Of a DNA stretch of 27,333 nucleotides, positions 25,617 to 27,333 are shown piece after piece. Position 1 is the stretch's first letter; each line of letters opens with the position of its first letter. The translations under genes were made by a program, and so were the position numbers. The stretch is from positions 1-27,333 of the forward strand of contig DASSNI010000140.1 in the NCBI GenBank assembly GCA_035701385.1, in the 5' to 3' direction. A model generated the notes under the pieces. That model saw only the letters and a list, made by a program, of their open reading frames with translations. It was not told the origin of the DNA and made no database searches. Source of the DNA: Candidatus Limnocylindria bacterium (GTDB taxonomy: Bacteria > Chloroflexota > Limnocylindria > QHBO01).

Positions 25617-26876
25617 GTGGTCGCATCGGTCCTGACCCTGATCCTGGCCGGCGGGGAAGGTGAGCGGCTGTCAGTCCTGTCGCAGGTCCGGGCCAAGCCC
25701 GGCGTGCCGTTCGGCGGCAAGTACCGGATCATCGATTTCGCCCTGTCGAACGCGGTGAACTCCGGGCTGACTGACGTGGCGGTGCTGACCCAGTACGCGC
25801 CGCGCTCGCTGATCGATCACATCGGGGTCGGCAGGCCGTGGGACCTGGACCGCAGCCGTGGCGGCGTGGCGCTGCTGCAGCCCTACATCGGGCGCGGCCG
25901 GACGCGCGACTGGTACCGCGGGACGGCGGACGCGGTGCTCCAGAACCTGGAGTTCATCGCCGACCGCAACCCGGAGCTGGTCCTGATCCTGGCCGGCGAC
26001 CACGTCTACAAGATGGACTACCGGCCGTTCATCGACACCCACCGCGCCATGGGCGCGGAGGTGACCTGCGCGGTGCGCACCGTGCCGCTGGAGGAGGCGC
26101 ACCGCTTCGGCATCCTGGAGACCGATGCCAGCGGCCGCGTCACGGCCTTCGTCGAGAAGCCGCCCAACCCGACCAGCAACCTGGTGAGCATGGGCGTCTA
26201 CGTCTTCGGCTGGGCTGCGCTGCGCGACGTCCTGTCGCCGGAGCTGGTCGACTTCGGGCGGGACGTGCTGCCCTGGATGGTCGACGCACAGCGCCGCGTC
26301 TACGCCTATGAGTTCAAGGGCTACTGGCAGGACGTCGGGACGGTGGAGAGCTACTGGCGCGCCAGCCTGGACCTGCTCAGCGACCAGCCCGCCATCGAGC
26401 TGAACGACCTCGGCTGGCTGGTGTACACCAAGAGCGAGGAGCGGCCGCCAGCGCGCATCGGGCCGTCCGCCACGGTAAGCCGCAGCATGGTCAGCCACGG
26501 CTGCGTGATCGACGGCACCGTGGAGCACAGCATCCTGTCACCCGGGGTGCGGGTGGGACCGGGGGCCGTGGTCAGGGACTCGATCGTCATGTTCGACACG
26601 ACCATCGCCGAGGGCGCGCAGCTGGACCGGGCGATCGTGGACAAGGACTGCAGCATCGGCGCCGGAGCACGGATCGGCGTGGGCGACGACCTGCGGCCGA
26701 ACCGCGAGGAGCCTGAGCGGCTGTACGCCGGTATCACCATCGTCGGCAAGCGCGCGGTGGTGCCACGCGGCGTGAGCGTGGGCCGAAACTGCCGGATCGA
26801 TCCGGGCGTTGCCGCGGCCGATTTCGAGCGGAAGCGCGTGATCCGATCCGGCGAGACGGTGCGGTCCGCTGGCTGA
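25617..26876 (+). CDS. glgC: Glucose-1-phosphate adenylyltransferase, 419 aa
   Basis: LILAGG.G.RL..L...RAKPGVPFGGKYRIIDFALSN, WYRGTADAV, ILAGDHVYKMDY, FVEKP, SMGVYVF, YWQDVGT and a left-handed beta-helix tail. GTG start. Confidence 0.95.
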   Translation: MVASVLTLILAGGEGERLSVLSQVRAKPGVPFGGKYRIIDFALSNAVNSGLTDVAVLTQYAPRSLIDHIGVGRPWDLDRSRGGVALLQPYIGRGRTRDWYRGTADAVLQNLEFIADRNPELVLILAGDHVYKMDYRPFIDTHRAMGAEVTCAVRTVPLEEAHRFGILETDASGRVTAFVEKPPNPTSNLVSMGVYVFGWAALRDVLSPELVDFGRDVLPWMVDAQRRVYAYEFKGYWQDVGTVESYWRASLDLLSDQPAIELNDLGWLVYTKSEERPPARIGPSATVSRSMVSHGCVIDGTVEHSILSPGVRVGPGAVVRDSIVMFDTTIAEGAQLDRAIVDKDCSIGAGARIGVGDDLRPNREEPERLYAGITIVGKRAVVPRGVSVGRNCRIDPGVAAADFERKRVIRSGETVRSAG

Positions 26877-26883
26877 GCCGGAG

Positions 26884-27333
26884 GTGGCGCCGCCCGCGCT
26901 CGACGCCTGGTTGAGGGACCTGGGCGTCGAGGTGGTCGACGGTGGCGGGCGTGTCGACGAGGCGGCCATTACCCGTGACGTGATCCTGGACGGCGAGCGG
27001 CGCTTCGACCTGCGGGTCACGGTGGCCTGGGTCGACGGCGTCGGCCTCTCGCTGTGGGCCTACTATGGCCAGGAGGCCATGGAGATTCCCCGGCGCGTGC
27101 TGCTCGCCATGCTGCGGGCAAACTTCGACCAGCCGATGGTGAAGTTCGCAATGACCGATGACGACCGCCCGATGCTGATGACCGAGCTGCCACCGGCCGC
27201 ACTGTCCGATGCCGACGCCGCGCGCGACGAGCTCGGCCGTGACGTGCTCCGCGCGAGCCAGGCTGAGCGCTCGGTTCGACGCCTCCGAGCCGACCGGATC
27301 CGCGTAGCCGATCACGCGGATCTCGGCGGTCAT
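26884..27333 (+). CDS. YbjN/T3SS-chaperone-fold hypothetical protein, no stop in window; its last ~35-40 codons look foreign
   Basis: Not in the ORF track. Frame 1 is open from GTG 26884 (or CTG 26869) to the window end: ...LDGERRFDLRVTVAW...LWAYY...LLAMLRANFDQPMVKFAMTDDDRPMLMTELP. Strong G/C third-position bias up to about 27240. Family call from memory. Confidence 0.6.
   Translation, partial: MAPPALDAWLRDLGVEVVDGGGRVDEAAITRDVILDGERRFDLRVTVAWVDGVGLSLWAYYGQEAMEIPRRVLLAMLRANFDQPMVKFAMTDDDRPMLMTELPPAALSDADAARDELGRDVLRASQAERSVRRLRADRIRVADHADLGGH
27214..27333 (-). pseudogene. Fragment of an OmpA/MotB C-terminal peptidoglycan-binding domain, antisense to the YbjN-like gene
   Basis: Minus strand reads MTAEIRVIGYADPVGSEASNRALSLARAEHVTAELVARGV, matching GxxD..G...N..LS..RA..V...L...GV, with G/C-ending codons. 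The second half of the domain is absent. Confidence 0.7.

Noticed and set aside
1-27333. CRISPR arrays, tRNA/rRNA genes, IS elements, integrases, prophage genes
   Set aside because: No spaced direct repeats, cloverleaf or rRNA signatures, terminal inverted repeats or recombinase motifs were seen. Intergenic gaps are mostly too short to hold them.

Overview
High-GC (roughly 70%, judged by eye) bacterial chromosomal window with about 25 genes in tight spacing. I found no rRNA, tRNA, CRISPR array, transposase or phage gene. Gene content and style suggest a monoderm, possibly Chloroflexota (Limnocylindria-like) or Actinomycetota; this is inference only. In order: partial DUF4232-like gene, YyaL/SSP411 thioredoxin-domain protein, YjbQ, LCP lipoprotein, lone CcsA, membrane zinc-ribbon protein, atypical adenosine-deaminase-fold enzyme, PIG-L/MshB-fold protein with altered catalytic motifs, Mrp/ApbC, metallophosphoesterase, BMP-type nucleoside ABC importer (4 genes), NagD-like HAD, canonical adenosine deaminase, secreted helical protein coupled to a PASTA Ser/Thr kinase, leucyl aminopeptidase, CsbD, prepilin peptidase, coiled-coil M23 peptidase, class A PBP, GlgC and a YbjN-like gene running off the end. 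Most of this is housekeeping and I cannot identify a clear-cut new multi-gene system. The best leads are: (i) a class A PBP with an extra C-terminal PxTD/TM/poly-Arg tail and a large insertion in its transglycosylase domain; (ii) a tandem pair of a specificity-shifted deaminase and an apparently catalytically disabled deacetylase, near a nucleoside import/salvage cluster; (iii) an orphan CcsA with a degenerate WWD motif; (iv) pervasive leaderless-type promoters; (v) an antisense OmpA-domain fragment fused into the last gene, probably a chimeric junction.
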